DNA of 59,512 nucleotides, filler included, from Sphacelaria rigidula (GCA_964200075.2; 8 parts of 8 records of this genome joined end to end with filler, not necessarily neighbours in it), one strand, 5' to 3'; numbered from the whole stretch's first letter, positions 35,176 through 49,769 are shown. Translations and numbers: made by a program. Notes: generated by a model not told the origin, from the letters alone.

Positions 35176-37319
35176 GTGAATACCGCTCAGCACGATACTC
35201 GCTGGGCGTGATACTCGGTCTTGGGCGCATGTATTTGACAAATGAGACGACTAACAGGATCGCATAGTATTCCCAGGTTGTGTTCTGCAGGGTACGGGTA
35301 CAGGTTGATTCATGCTTCTCGAACCAAAAACGCTCATCGGCAAATATTATGCCTTTTATAGGAGAAAGACCCTGAAATATTGCACAATTGCACGGTTAGG
35401 ACAAATCAACTACTGCTGCGATCTGGAGCTTTCGTTGATCTACTCTACCTCCCGTCTGCAGACGTCTGCCTGTAGAGGTCACACTCGGTATTGATATCAC
35501 ATATGTTCACGGTTAGGACAAATCAACTCGTGAGTCCACTCAAAGTCATCATCTCAATGAATAAATCATGCGGTTCGTACATCAGTTGTAGTTCACGCAG
35601 TCAATCGTTCTTCATGACTCAGGGCGTGATGTAATCCACGCCGTCAACCCTTCTTCATGACTCAAGGCGTGAATAGCTTGTACATGCACGCCATGTGCGA
35701 CAAGTTCGACGTGAGCGCTGGTGTATGTTTCCCACCTTCGGATAAATGCGGGACCTACCCAAGTCAACAAGGTTAATCAATCTGCAGGCATGGGGCCTGA
35801 ACCACACACACGATTCTCAACCTGTACTGCGCGCAGGATGCCTGCACTGCACAATATGTTATATGTTATCCACCCTCGAGTGAATGTGGGACCAACACTC
35901 AGCAAAGAGTTGAATTCTGCCATTTCATGTTCATGGGGCCTGTATCACGCGTATTTTTTCCCCATGGGCAATGCGCTGCATATGTATTATCCACCCTCGA
36001 CTCAGCGGACCAATGGTTTATACAGCATGACTGCTTGTGTATCATGGCAAGTCAACATAACACCAGACCCGGCAGACACAAGGAGGCGCGGCAGTTCGCC
36101 GCGGCTGTTTAGTACGGTTCACGAGCGGTACCTCTGCGTAATGGTGGAAAGATGCGTTCTTGCAATCAAGAACCATCGACAGCGTGGTCGTATGCTGTTG
36201 TGTTGGGACCTCACAGGAAGGAAACATGCAATATTGTACTGAAAGCACCTGTACGAATTACTCCGCGGTGCCAGTACACGAAGCACTGTTCACCTCTCTG
36301 TGCTTCAGACTAACCGACAGCGAAGGGGATGTGGCCGGTACCATGGTACGGGGAAAAATCATCGAGGATATTGTAGATTGCACATCGTGAACAAAGTTGC
36401 GCAGTGGTGTACGGTGGTTCACCGCAGTTGGCAACTGCTGTGTAAAAACGGACCTCGACGGAACCCACTCGGGGTTTCCTTGTCCGGGTCCAACAAAACA
36501 TAGCACAGCAGCACGGATACACTACGCTGGGCTAGGCTAGGCTACGCTACACTAGACTAGACTACAATACACACTACAGCACATCACGGCACAGTTCCGC
36601 ACAAACCAGCTCGGCAGCGTACTGGTGCTCCCACAATACAACACTGTACGCTGCACTACACTACACTCACGGGCTCACTACACTTACCACAACAGAACAA
36701 GCCCAACGCAGAGCAGCGCAGTATAACACAGAACATTACTGTGATACTCTACCAAACCGTGAACGGTACCGACTGCGCACGCGATGGTTTCAGAATTTTT
36801 GGCGATGTGACATGTTGACTCTTAGTCACCCAGAGCCATCATTTCAATGAATAGATCATACTAGTCGTACATAATTTGTAATTCATACAGCTTCTTAGCT
36901 TGTGCGCGGCTCAGTATAACCCGAAGGTTCTCGCTTCATACCTTCCATGACTTCCGGGGTAAAAAATGGGCACATAAGTCAACTCTGCGCTCAAAATTTG
37001 GATGCATCGGTTGTACATGCCACACATTTTTTATTATCATGAATCGGAACGTCATGTACAACGTGCTTGGCCAACTTGTTGGGGATGAGCGCCCGCACAT
37101 TTTTCCCACCTTCGGGCTAATGCGGGACTGACAAGTTGTATACAGATCGACTCTACACTNNNNNNNNNNNNNNNNNNNNNNNNNNNNNNNNNNNNNNNNN
37201 NNNTTAATTAATTAANNNNNNNNNNNNNNNNNNNNNNNNNNNNNNNNNNNNNNNNNNNNTAATCCTCCGGGTTCTCATCCTCAATCAAAAGCACCATCCT
37301 CAACATAGATGATTGGCTG

Positions 37320-37845
37320 TTTAAACGACTTTCATATGGACGACCTCATCCCTCCCGACCCCCCTAAAACTATTTCGAGGGATTTCTGTCACGAGGTTGT
37401 AAGGCTTTATCACAGAATTTCTCACTGTAGTGCAGGAACACACCAAGCACAGCAGTGCAATCACTTGTCTGGGATACAACTCGTGACGGGTTCACGCACA
37501 ATAGGTTGATAACTACTTGACTCAAGGCTCTTGTTTAAGATATGACCCTTTTATAGGTGTACACACTATATCTGACCCTCCGACCAGACCCGTTATCCAA
37601 AATCCAAACATCGAAAAATCGATGCTGCTTGTCTTCATGACATTTCTAGCCTTCCGTTCCCCCAAAGGGTATGTGCGAAATAAATCACGAGTTTTCGGCC
37701 AAAAAACGTCCTTTTTCCACCCCGAAATCGAGGCAAAAGTGTGCTTTCGCACATACTCTTTGGGGGAACGGAATGAATGGTAGAGACCCCCCAAAATAGT
37801 TCTTGGGAGGTCGGGAAGGATGAGGTCGTCCGTATGACAGTCATT
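37320..37845. mobile_element. Nested foldback element
   Basis: Outer IR ggacgacctcatccctcccgacc...aaactattt (~37338-37376) vs aaaatagttcttgggaggtcgggaaggatgaggtcgtcc (~37793-37831). Inner IR ttccgttcccccaaagggtatgtgcgaaa (37652-37680) vs tttcgcacatactctttgggggaacggaa (37745-37773). The adjacent 37865-37930 repeats 29809-29878. Confidence 0.7.
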
Positions 37846-40430
37846 TGTCATGAATCTAGGCCAGGGAAAGCACGGCTTTTGAGTTGAACCCTATTTTTTT
37901 CGACCCCATTTTCGAGAATCCACTGTTAGTTCATAGTCACAATCATCAACGTTCCGTCAACAAGCAAGCGGAGACGCCTCGAATTCCCTTCATCCCCGCA
38001 TAAGTTAAGTAATTATGAGTCATGACTGAGAACTGCTGTCAAGAAGGATTCTCGATCAACTTGAAAACCCTCCGGGAAAAATACTTCCTTGTCTGTAGCT
38101 CGACTGAGCACCGCAATTTGTCACGACTGTTCATCGGAAAGCAGTCTTGCTAGATTGATTGAGATTGCCGAATACGCATCACATCCCTACAAGAAGATCC
38201 AACACTAGCGGCTTAAAACAAACAAACAACGAACAGTAATAATATTCACCGCGATCATCGCTCGGAAAAAAACTACATGCGCCCCCCCCCTTCCCCTATC
38301 CCGCCGTGACTTCCTTCAACCACTCGAAGCTCCGCCGGTAGTCTCCTCCTCGATGTCATCCTGCCCAGCGGTGTCGTCGTCATTGCTCCTGTCGGATTCT
38401 TCTTCTGATGATGATCGCGAGCCTGTGCGTTCAGCGCCCTCGTAAGTTCGCTAAAAGTTTGGCCCTCCGACCAAGGCATCCCCGGAACGCACAGCCAGAG
38501 AGCGAGACCACACCTTTCTGCTATTACTTATCCCCCTCCTCTTCTTACACACGCGAACAAACACAGGGTGCACGGTGGGGAGTTGTTGTCACCGTTCGGA
38601 CTCATGGCGGCGGCATTGGCATCCCGGTTCGCCTTCACCGGTATGTTGAAGTAAAAATGTCGAGACCATAGACGCATTCTTCACCCGCCTGCCAAGGGGA
38701 GCCAATACAACGGGCAAGTTTCGGCAACCCGCATCTATGTATGGATGGACCTGCCCTATCGCGGCATAGCTCCCGCGCAGGATCCAGCATCAGCTTGGGC
38801 TGGACGTTACTCGCAACTTCGATCAACCTGATGTATTCATCAGTGATGTCACCATCTGGGAGTGACTTCGTGGCCTCCTCCGGTGAATCGAAGACGACGA
38901 ATATTTCTTCTTCTGATGATTGGTGTCGCCATCTGCGAGTGACCTTGAGGCCTCCTCCGGTGAATTGAAGACAGGCACACCATTGTTCTCGCATACGAGA
39001 GGGTGACTAAATACGTCATACTGAGTGAATGAAGTATTGTCATTCTTTTATGCTGTTCTTTTCAGCATTATCATCAGTATCATCCTTATAGTAGGTACGC
39101 GTGATCACACAAATGTCAGGCATCAATGCGTCAAGAGGAATAATACTATGCATGTCTTCCCCGCTTCCATGCGCGCCTGAGGCCCGCACGATATTGGTCG
39201 ACCAGCAAACCCTGAATAGTTGTAACTCAATTATTCGGGCAGAAATTTGTTGCGACCACAAGTCTGTTGAACCTTGGTGTAAAATACTGGACCTCACCTT
39301 TCCATCCAGCCTGTTTGTTCCTCACTTTTCTTCAGCGAATGTTTTGGTATTGTTCCTTGTGTCGAGTACGTCTATGTGACCACGGCTGGATCCCAGGGGG
39401 ATCAGTCAATGAAGCGCGACATGATTCAACGGGAATAAATTGGCCCGGGCTTTTGTGTTTTTTTTTTGTTGGCGAAAACTTGAGCATATGATTTTGTGGC
39501 AGGGTCCACCGACGGAGATGCTGTTTGGGGTCGGCGATCGAATTGCTAACGCGCTCATGGGCAGTATAGAGGCTGTGCAAAACTGTATGTGGTCCAGATC
39601 TGCTTCGCATCCTCCTGCATGCAGAGAGTCAGAAAGCTGTGCTGTCTGTATGTCGCGTTTCCCGCTTCTTTCCCTCTTTTCGACATCGTGCCTGCATGCT
39701 GTGGAAAACACACACACAATATCTAGACCAAAGGGTATGACATAGAGACTGCTGTAGACATAGAGACTGCACAGTGTCATACTCTTTGGTTCCGCCGCAC
39801 GAACTTGTTCGAATCGAAAAAAAATGATGTGACAAGGGCGCAGAGGTTATTATATACAGACGCACCAACGTCCATGTGTTTATCTTAATTGGTGTCGTCT
39901 CTGCTGAAAAATTGCTGCCCTATTGTTGTACAAACGTACAGGGAGCAGCACCACAAACCATACCCCCCTCCCTGCCCCGCTGCAGTCTGCTCCCTGCAAG
40001 AGATACGGATATCTTTGGTGAACTGTTTGAATCTGCGCTGATCACCCGAAATATGCCAGTTCGCGAAATTTATTCGTCCTCTCGAAAACTATTCGATTAT
40101 TTTGAATTTGTCCGCAACTCTGTAAATGCTATGATTGGTCAATTGCTCGCGCGTGTGCCCAAAGTCGCGTGCCCCGGTCGCTTGCACGAAGGCAGTTAGC
40201 GTGTGCCACCAGACCTCTTGCCACCGTCGATGCAGTGTTGGCTGTTGCGTCAAGGGACAACTCTAACATCTCACGTCAGCCGCCACCGCTCATTCCACCT
40301 TGCCACTGCTACCCCTCTTTTCTGCTGCTCTCCACGGCGCGCCCTTGTCAACACACCCACAGCCTATTTCCACAAGACACACCACGTACCCCAACCTCTC
40401 GAAGTACCTTCAGGGTTGACGGTGCACGTC

Positions 40431-43400
40431 ATGTCGGGATTTGCGTCAACAGCCACCAACAACAGATCAGGAAAGGCACTAGTTGCCGGGGCAGGCATCG
40501 CTGTAGCCGTCGGCGCCGTGGGTGCTGTGCTCTACTCTCGGGCACTAAGATCGCGAGGTGCAGCGACGACTTCAGCTGCAGCTGTAGCTGCGAAATCGAC
40601 TCCAGCGAGTAATGCGAACGTTTCTGCTCCGAAGCGGACAGATGCTGGGGCTAGAAAGGAGCCCTGTGAGGGCTGTGACTGCGGACTCGGTAGTGCAGGC
40701 GGGGGCGACATGGGACCTCCGGGCCCAGTGGAGGGCACTATGCATACTTACGAGAGGCATGTCATCATTTGCAGGTTCGTGCTTTCCGACGAAGATGGGG
40801 GTGGAGCGGTGCACACACAGTATGGCAGGGCCGAGGGAGAGGATGGTTGTTCTTACTTTGATAAAAATTTGAAGTTTGGAGAGGACGAGTAGGAGGGAAA
40901 GCGTGACACAAACAACAGTCAGTACCAAGAGTACAGAAAGTTTTTTGGATCTGCACAACTTTTGTACTAGTACCCTCTGTCGTACGGTCATCCTTGGTAT
41001 CACGCCGGGAGCACGTTGGTATCTTGCGATGCACGTAAGAAAGAAGGCACATGTCAGCAGTACATTTGCTGTGCGTGAGTGATATTTCGGCACTCAAGTC
41101 CTGTCCGTAGCATGCACGTGGACTTTCATGTATTTATTGTCCTCTACTCCGGTTTGTTACGCTTTACTGCACCGAACTTTCATGCTGTACTCTCAGTATA
41201 TTCTGCTGTCATATCGCAGTGCTGAACATGAACGGGCCGTATGACGTGAAGGTGAGGCAGGGAGCAAATGGCTATTGGAGCGAGTTTCGGTTCACGTACA
41301 GCTTGTATCACACGAGTACGCGCTCATGCTATGCCCGTAAACCATATCGGATGATACCCTAGCAGAGCATTGGGTATTTGACACCTGTAACTATTCTATG
41401 TTGACAACAGTGCAACGGTACGGTCGAGCGCCCATCGCTGGCTCTCTTGCCTCCATGACACGATGAGCCGAGATACAGGGGAAAATGTACTGATGATATT
41501 TTACAGCTCATGGAGTCGCAGCCCCCACGCTACCGTGCTACCGTAATATGCCTGGGAACAAATACATGTAAAATAAGTTTGCATGTCCTTTTTCTCGACT
41601 GGATCCTACGCTCAACCCACCACCTGCGTGGCTCCCGGTCTGGACGGACAGCTGACGCATGATGAAAGTGCCCCCGAAAAATGCTATATACCGCAACAGT
41701 GACCAGTCACGTACGCAGAAGCCCGGATTATGCCGGAAATCACCGGCCTCTGCCCTTGAAATCCCCCATGTATGAGCTACGATACACAAGTGTTGGAATG
41801 GATATCGTAGTGGTCGAAAGTTTGACGTGGGCATGAAAAGCAAAAGCCTGTTTTGACGGACACCTGCGTGGGGTGGGAAACGACCCCAGCAGCCAACATG
41901 GAACGGTTTTATAAAAGTTGCGACCCTAAAGCGAAGTTGAGATAAGTTGCTACACTGCAGTAGTTCGAAAAATTCTATACAAGTGAAAGGGGGACCGCGT
42001 TGGGACTGGGGAGCACCCGGTGAATTTCTCGTCATAATTTGTCAGCTCATCGTCATTTCGCGTACAGCATGACAAATAGACCTTTGCTTCATATGCATTT
42101 ATCTCCAAAACGGTTATGCGTCTTCTTGCAAAAAAAGTCATGTTGAAGCGGAAACCCCGCCGAGGCATTACAATCGCTTGAGTTCAGTGTGCAAGACCGA
42201 CACACAGAAACGCATAATTTCTGCGAATCAAAGTAGAAGAAACGAAAACCTAGAAATGAGGGGGGATCACGACATGAATACGACGAAATAATTTTGAATT
42301 CGTGAACCAAAATGCATCATTCTACCGACGTATCGATCAACACCGATAGAGGTTGCCTTTCACGACGTGCTTCGATACGAACCAGGAACGGACGGCCCAA
42401 TTGGTACTGTCGTCTTGTCCGAGGACATGCATCAACTGGTGGTTGTTGGATAATTGACGGCCACAAATGTACAATACAGAAGTGATCACCAACGATCGTG
42501 TCGTGCTACCAATGCACTTTGGTCCCGCCGGACCTGCGCGAACAGGTCATACTTGTGACCGGCGAAGCTGGGAGTACGACTCCGCCACTTCACGGGACAA
42601 GAACTATTCCGTGCGACAAAATGGGCGTGTTTCATGGACAGCTCCTTACAAGGATCGTTTACAATTGTGCTGTCTTATGTCAAACACTCTGGCTTTTTCG
42701 GGGAAACAAAACTTTCCTCCCCGAAAGACATTACATTAAATTTCTCAACCAGGTCGAGAATGATGAAAATTTGACTTGGACCGCAAGTGTAGTCCATCTA
42801 AATCACGCACCACCTTTTCTGAGGTGAACTAGATGCCCATTCAAGAGATGTACTCCCGCAGAAGACTGACTGCATCCCAAGCATTCACTTCTTGAAGAGT
42901 GGGAAAATTTCCGAAAAAGTGACGAGGAAAGCAATGAACAAACGTCTCGTTTAAAGACGAACCAAATAATTTATGGAGTCAGGCATCACAATTTTTCGAG
43001 AGGGATTATTTGATGAGGGAAGATCTAAATCATTTCGCATCTTCAACATTGATACTGAACTCGGAAACGGCAGCGAAGATACCGTCAACCCTCCGATTCA
43101 CGAGTGGGTGGGTCATGTGATGAACCAGCGTACTTTTCGCTCAGAAATTTTTACCGAAAGACCCAGACAACATAGTTGAGCGGTCGGAGGGCTAACGACT
43201 AACAGCTGATGAACTACAGTCGCTTTCCTTCTCCCGTTCCTCCGGCTGCGAACCCGTTTTTCCAGTGGACGAGAAGAATGGCCGAAAATGATCGAGGCAG
43301 AAGAAGCATCCATTGCCCAATCCCTTCACAACATGTGTTTGGGTGCCGGCCTCATCTGGACAAAAAAGGCGGCCAAAGCTGCGGCAGAGCAGGGGAAGGT

Positions 43401-44492
43401 ATTGCCACCCAACCGGGTAATGGTTACCGCCTGCACGGAGCCATCTCGAGGTCGTCCCGGTTACACTGACGTCATCGTCTTCCCTGAGGTATAGGACAGT
43501 CGGTGTGCAACGCGTAGTTCGATTTCGTATCGTATCGTGCGTTTTTGGTGAAAACGAGTGCTGTGCGCAGGTCGCCATACAACTTCATCTTAACTGTTTA
43601 TCTGTGGTCTGTAGTTTCATATGTTGTTGGTGCCGAGGAATATCGCACTCGATTCTCAGTGTGGCTTCTAATGTCACGGGTAGGGCCTTTCATACTCGGG
43701 TTATGACAGGTGTTTAGTAGCCGTCGTCCCATGGCTGATCACACGTCGAGTTTTTAGCATCACAAGTACTTGTATTGCTAGATTTCGTAGTTCTCGAAGC
43801 ATGATCTTGTGGACAGGGCGGAGTTGATAACGCCGGCCCTTGATTTACCGGGAAATGAGATCTATAGAAACGCTGCCCTCAGCTGTATGAGCCGAAGTTT
43901 TATACTTGCTCATCTCGAGTGTGTGCTTACCTTGCGTGCTGGCTGTTACTATATCTCCTCTTCCTCCCCCGCCGCTGACTCCCGCTTTGTTTTGACAGGG
44001 TCTGGTCTACTCTCTAGATCCCACAGACCTCGACACATTGCAGATGTTCGTGAAGGTGCAGCTAGCCGATCGACAGGTGGCGACAGAACTTAAACCGATT
44101 CCTGTATGGTACGAGAAGATGGTGCTCGTGTGTACACACGGCTCGAGGGATAAGCGCTGCGGGCGAGTCGGGCCACAGGTACTTCAAACTTCGACGTTTA
44201 CTTCAGTATTCGTGCAGAACGCGGACGAGCTATTATATCAATCACTCTTGCGGCACGGTGGTAGCTGCAATCGGCTGTCGGTTCAGTACCCTATATCGCC
44301 ATTGTTGAACCCAGTTTGGAAATTCATGTTGACGATTTCCGTTCTCATGTACACCCCTCAGGCCGTGTCGGAGATGCACAAGGAGTTGCGATCCAGGGGC
44401 GTTCACGAGTCCGAGGTGGCCGTCAGGGGTTGCTCGCACATCGGAGGTCACAAGTACGCAGGGGTGCTCATTATTTATCCCCAGGGTGACTG
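40431..44492 (+). CDS. Sucrase/ferredoxin-like (thioredoxin-like [2Fe-2S] ferredoxin, Apd1/Aim32 family); final exon(s) absent
   Basis: Phase-consistent exons 40431-40774, 43266-43488, 43999-44178 and 44362-44492. Motifs GTMHTYERHVIICSGREEWP, DVIVFPE, VLVCTHGSRDKRCG (C-X8-C) and CSHIGGHKYAG (H-X-GG-H), ending IIYPQGDW. Confidence 0.92.
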
Positions 44493-47400
44493 GTGAGTTT
44501 TGGATAACGTACAGAAAGTAAGAAGATGGTTGGCGAGGTACTTATTATTATTATTATTATATCCATCACATTAGCTCGATCTCTCGAACCTGTGGTCACA
44601 GAGTGCAAGGNNNNNNNNNNNNNNNNNNNNNNNNNNNNNNNNNNNNNNNNNNNNTTAATTAATTAANNNNNNNNNNNNNNNNNNNNNNNNNNNNNNNNNN
44701 NNNNNNNNNNAGGCTCGCCTTTCCAATACCGTCCCTGCTATTCCTTACCAGACACATTACCGAAATAAAGAAAGAAAAAAGAATGACTACCGTTAGATTT
44801 CCACGCCGGTTGGTAATCCCGAAGTCAGGTTACATCACGAGCACAGCATGTATATTGCAAGATATTACATATCATTCGGTAGCAGCAAAGAACTACTTGT
44901 CGTACACCGCTCTCCTCAGCATGGCGGCCGTACCACTACAGAAGCTTGGCGGAAGTACTAAGTCGGTGACCGCCGATCTCGCCAAAGCTAGTGCACTCAA
45001 TACTCATTATCCAGCGATCATCGCGACCCCAAAGTCAGTATCTAGCCAGCGAATTTTCTCCCCTGTGGCCACAAGAACGACTGACCCACCAAAACTCCTC
45101 GGTTTTGGGCTGCTCATATCGAGGAGGACCCTAGGTGATGCGATTGGTCGTTCAATTCCGTATATTTGTTGAGAAACGGGAAGAATAAGGTTTGTGCACG
45201 GCTGATGTGGTCATTTCCTCATTCTCGATCCCTTGGGGAGGGAGAGTGGGGGTGGCCCTGGTTCCGTTTTTTCCCGATGTGGGGCCCCTTGGGAGGGGGT
45301 GTACCGCCCTGATCGATGGATGATGGCGATAGTAGTTGCTGTGTGTGTGCGCATCGCTCTTAGAACACACACCCATGCATTAAAAATATGCTGCTTGCTG
45401 CTGTGTTCGACAATGTGTACCAACCGCAGCGCGATGCCTTCGGCGGTACTACCTGCTCACTGCGCAGCGGCAGGGTGCAGGGTGACAAAGCACACCGCAG
45501 GACGTCACATCCTTAGTCTACCCCTGTCCTGTACTGATTTCGCGCTGTCCTGTGCAGTTTGCCACATCATGAACGCAGTCGCCTGTACCTGCGGCCAACG
45601 TGTACGCGGGATATCACCCCTCGCTACGCGCTGTATCGCTACGCCACATTCTGTAAAGCTGTTCATGTTGCAGCTACAGCGTGCGTTTACCCCGGGTGGC
45701 GCACGTAGGAGTGAAAGACCGCCTCTACCGCTGTGATGGCTGCCTATGTTTGTAGCATCGTGACTCCCGTGAGAGGATGGGGTGCAAACTCAACTGTGAT
45801 AGTCGATCAGTGAACACGACTGCCACCCCCAGTAGTGCTATCGTATTTGAGCCATTTCCACTGCAAACGGAACTGCGTGACGTAGTGGGCGCCCACCCAG
45901 ATGAGTTACACAATCGAGATCAAGGAGTACTCTACCCCTAAAGAGAGAGTCTCGGACGCGTCGTGGGGAACGCCAACGACTGCGTCGACGGCATGTGCAT
46001 GTAGTACTGCGCGTGTACATGTCGTGGTCTGTTCGCATTATGATGCTTCGTCACTATTGGGGGTGGTGGGTGAATTCGTAAATGTGTTCGTCTTAAGACT
46101 GGCGGGTCTGCTCAAACGTAGTATGGGACTGGTTCTATGGTACAGGCAGATATACGCCGGCCGGAAATGAAATATATTTCTAGCACATTTATTCACGCAA
46201 AAAGTATATCCACCTATATAGTTGGATCCTTATTTCCACTGTGACCTTTTATCATGACCGATCCCGCGTTGTTTTTTTCTAATTCGGGAGCCCACATTGT
46301 TTTAATCAGCTGCCCACTACGGATGTTTTCAAACAAAGTGGGTTCGGGTTACGAGCAAAACTAGCGCCAAGGTTTTGAATTTGAGAGCGCCACCTCTACA
46401 AACCCGCTCAGCGGGCAGGTGAACAGCACGCACATAGTTCACATGAACACAGCTACACGCATAGAAGGTCAGAAGGTTTCGAGGTTACAAACAAAGCCAC
46501 CGGGGCGACCGGCATACAGCAGAGACAAACACAAAGAGGACCGACGGAGTATCGAAGTCCAGCCAGCACGAGTCAACGTTGAGCACGACGGAAAACACCC
46601 ACTTTGATCTTTCATCATCCGGTGGTGCCGTGGAATAATTTTTTTTTCTCGAGATGATGGGCACAAAACACACTGTACAATATAGACTTACGGTAAAACG
46701 GTAGTACAATGAAGTGCCAGGGTGTTGCAGCAGGCAAGAGTATTCACAATACAGGTCGTGGATTTTGCGAACAGTACGACATTACAAGTATAGGCTATGC
46801 TTCGCAAACACGACACAGCTGTAGCCTTTACTTGTTATCTTGTACTACTCCATTTCCGAGTACAGGCTGTACTCTGCCAGGTTGCAAGCACGGGCTGTAC
46901 TCGCGAGCACAGTAGGTAGCTGTGCTTTGCCAATACAGTACAGTACTATACCGTCTTCACTGTAGGGTTCGAGGTCACATTCAGATGCACGTCCATGGCA
47001 GTGGATGTAGATGCAGAGGATATGACTACTGACTACTGTCTGCACTACGGTACTCACGTGAAGGCTTCACTTTGTTTACTGTGTGTGTGTTACTGCTGTG
47101 TACTGCCTGCACTCCGGTACTACGCGTGAAGGCTTCACCTTGTTTGAAAACATCCGTGACGGGCAGCTGGATAAAAAAATGTGGGTCCCCGTAGGTGGAT
47201 ATACTTTTTGCGCGTTTATTCAAGTCTGGGAGTGGTCGTTGTTGAGGTGATTTTGTTCCTCCGGAAAGCTCGCTCCACATCAGTAGATGGACAATCTTGT
47301 TGCACTAGCGAGTGTCCTCCCTTTGTCTGTACCAGTCGGGAAGCACACGCTCCGAGCTGCCACCCCACGTTTACCGTCATTGCGAAGATAATAAGACAAG

Positions 47401-47770
47401 AGCACGAACAGCAGCTGTTGTGGCCGCTACACACCAACGTAACTACAGTGACTTACGAGTGATAGCCACCGTGCTGGACAGCGCTGACACACACACGAAT
47501 CGGCACCGGCTGATTTAGACCCACCCCCAGCCGCGTACATCTACTGGCAGTAAAGATGCTGCTGATACTGCTGCTGTTGCTTCTTCTCCTTCTCGTGCGG
47601 AACACGATTAGAACGGCGCGTGATTTTTCGTGATGCTGCAGAACATCTGTGTTGTTTTCTGTTGAGTGTAGTACTCCGCCGCATCTCTCAACGTGCAGAT
47701 CTGGGTTACAAGTTTTTGCATTTGAATACAGTCCGTCACGAGCGACCAGAAAACACGACATAACTGCCTT

Positions 47771-48000
47771 GTCCGGTGTTGAGAGTAGTACTCTGCAGTT
47801 CATACACCACTGCAGAGTTGTCTGGTTCTGAGTGTACCACACTGTAGTCAAGATAATGGGGTCATCTTTTGAGCAGTTTCCCGAAAGGTTCGCCGTCTGG
47901 TGTTGAAAGTAGTACTCTGCAGTTCATACACCACTGCAGAGTTGTCCGGTTTTGAGTGTACCACCCTGTAGTCAAGATAATGGGGTCATCTTATGAGCAG
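47771..48000. repeat. Tandem duplication, 124-bp period
   Basis: agtagtactctgcagttcatacaccactgcagagttg...caagataatggggtcatctt occurs at 47784 and 47908. Confidence 0.9.
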
Positions 48001-49769
48001 GTTCTGCTGTTTTTTTAGAGGCTCTGCTGTTTTTTTTAAGTATTCCGAAAAAAACGAGAGTGTTTTCTGTCACAGAAATCTATAGCCGAATCTGCAGTAG
48101 CCTGAGACAACAACCAATTTGAAAATTGGAATTGTGTGTAATACTCTGTACTATCTATGATAATGTAAAAAGAAACGTTTTTTGCTGTCACAGGTTTTCT
48201 GTCACAAGAAATGAATGTGACATGAGAAAAGGCCCAACACAACACCACTTTTCATGCTGAAAACTGGAATATATACGCGCGGCCGATCACTGTCGTTGTA
48301 TTGCGCCGACCTGCGAGACGGCACCAAACGCTGGGCGTTCTCACTCAAGACTTCGATTTGGAGGATGATCCTAGGTAGGCAGCAGCAACTGCTCTGTGTC
48401 CAGGTGCCCCTTGGAGCAAGATGCGTTTGGGCTTCTGTTTGACGATGTTTCCCCCCAAAAAACAAAATCAATAGGGGTTTTGAAGGAAAAAAATCTGGCA
48501 AAAAAAAGTCGCTAAAATGGAGTCGCAGAAATAAAGTCGCACAAATCGTGTCGCAAGAAAGCGGTTGGTCGAATTTTCATCCGCAGCAGAAACCAAATTC
48601 ACTTCATGAAATTGAAACCACAAGGCAGTCCATATTCCATCATATAGGCGTAGTCGATCGTATCTCTCTCTACCCGGTGTAGATGAGTGGGAAGGAAAAC
48701 GGCTTCGTTGTGCCCTTGATTGTGCACTTGAGGAGCTCCTTCCTCCACACGTGCGCCCTCTGTCGCTACTCATGGGTGATGAGTGTGTCCCAACCCCATA
48801 CCGTCAGTTAAATGACATTTTGTCCCTCACCAACACTTGATCGATCCCGTCACTAACTCCACCTTCGCAAAACCAAAGTTAGTTTGGAGGGATTAAATAG
48901 GGGTAACGCGTCAGCTGGATCAAACATAGAGCGATTGTTATGATGAAAAAGTGATGCTGTCTATTCTATTCCATCGTGTGCTTACGCCGTTGATGAATGA
49001 GAATGTTTCATCCAGACACCATCCTCGTGACTCTTGAATCATGGAGATTGCATAAACTGCAATGAATCATCCAAAATTATTTCAATAGGTGTTTTTACAT
49101 CTATGTGGCACGTGGGTGCCGGTTTAACGTGTCGATTATCACATAGCCAACCCAAAATCGGTGAAGAATGAGTGAAAACCTCCTGAACCCTCGAGTCCAG
49201 TCCTTCTACCCGGCGGGATCCGTCCAACAGCCTCCCGTACGAGCACCTTCCCATGCAGCAGCACGTTGACGCACCCTTCCACGCGGCAGAAGGTTGCTGC
49301 ACCTCCTCAGCAGCATCAATTTTTTGTGCGTCGGCTACTGCAGCAATTTTTCTGCACCACGACGATAACAGCAGTATTTTTGCGCCTTTGCAAGAAAATG
49401 TCGCTGAAGCGCCACAAATGAATTTGCTTAGTGCTCCTGACCAACGGTTTGCACGACCGATCTTTCCTCCGTTTTTCTTCAGCGGATACCTCCAGTAACT
49501 GGGTCTCCGTTGACATTGTTCACCCCAAGCCAGTCGCAACTAGCAGTGTACATATTCCATGCTCAGCTGCTGCCGCCACTTCCGCCACCTCTGTAACATC
49601 GATCTAGGGACTAGGTTCCACCTAACCCGACGGGTACGCATACAAATATTTCACCCGTCCGGGGCTACCCCTCCTTCGAACGCCATTTTAACCGAAGCGA
49701 GTAGGAACGATGCACAGCAGCTGTGGGTACCAGCTGAAGTTGGCACCACAGCAAAGTAGCCACCGCTCA

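Noticed and set aside
32882-35179. Long overlapping ORFs (33251-34699 +, 32986-33495 +, 33392-34027 -, 34088-34723 -)
   Set aside because: They are shadow frames of the 66-bp FNIP repeat. Only the FNQPI frame matches a known family.
29809-37930. FNIP gene captured inside a foldback transposon
   Set aside because: The matching repeat copies on the right lie beyond an artificial spacer, so flanking cannot be established.
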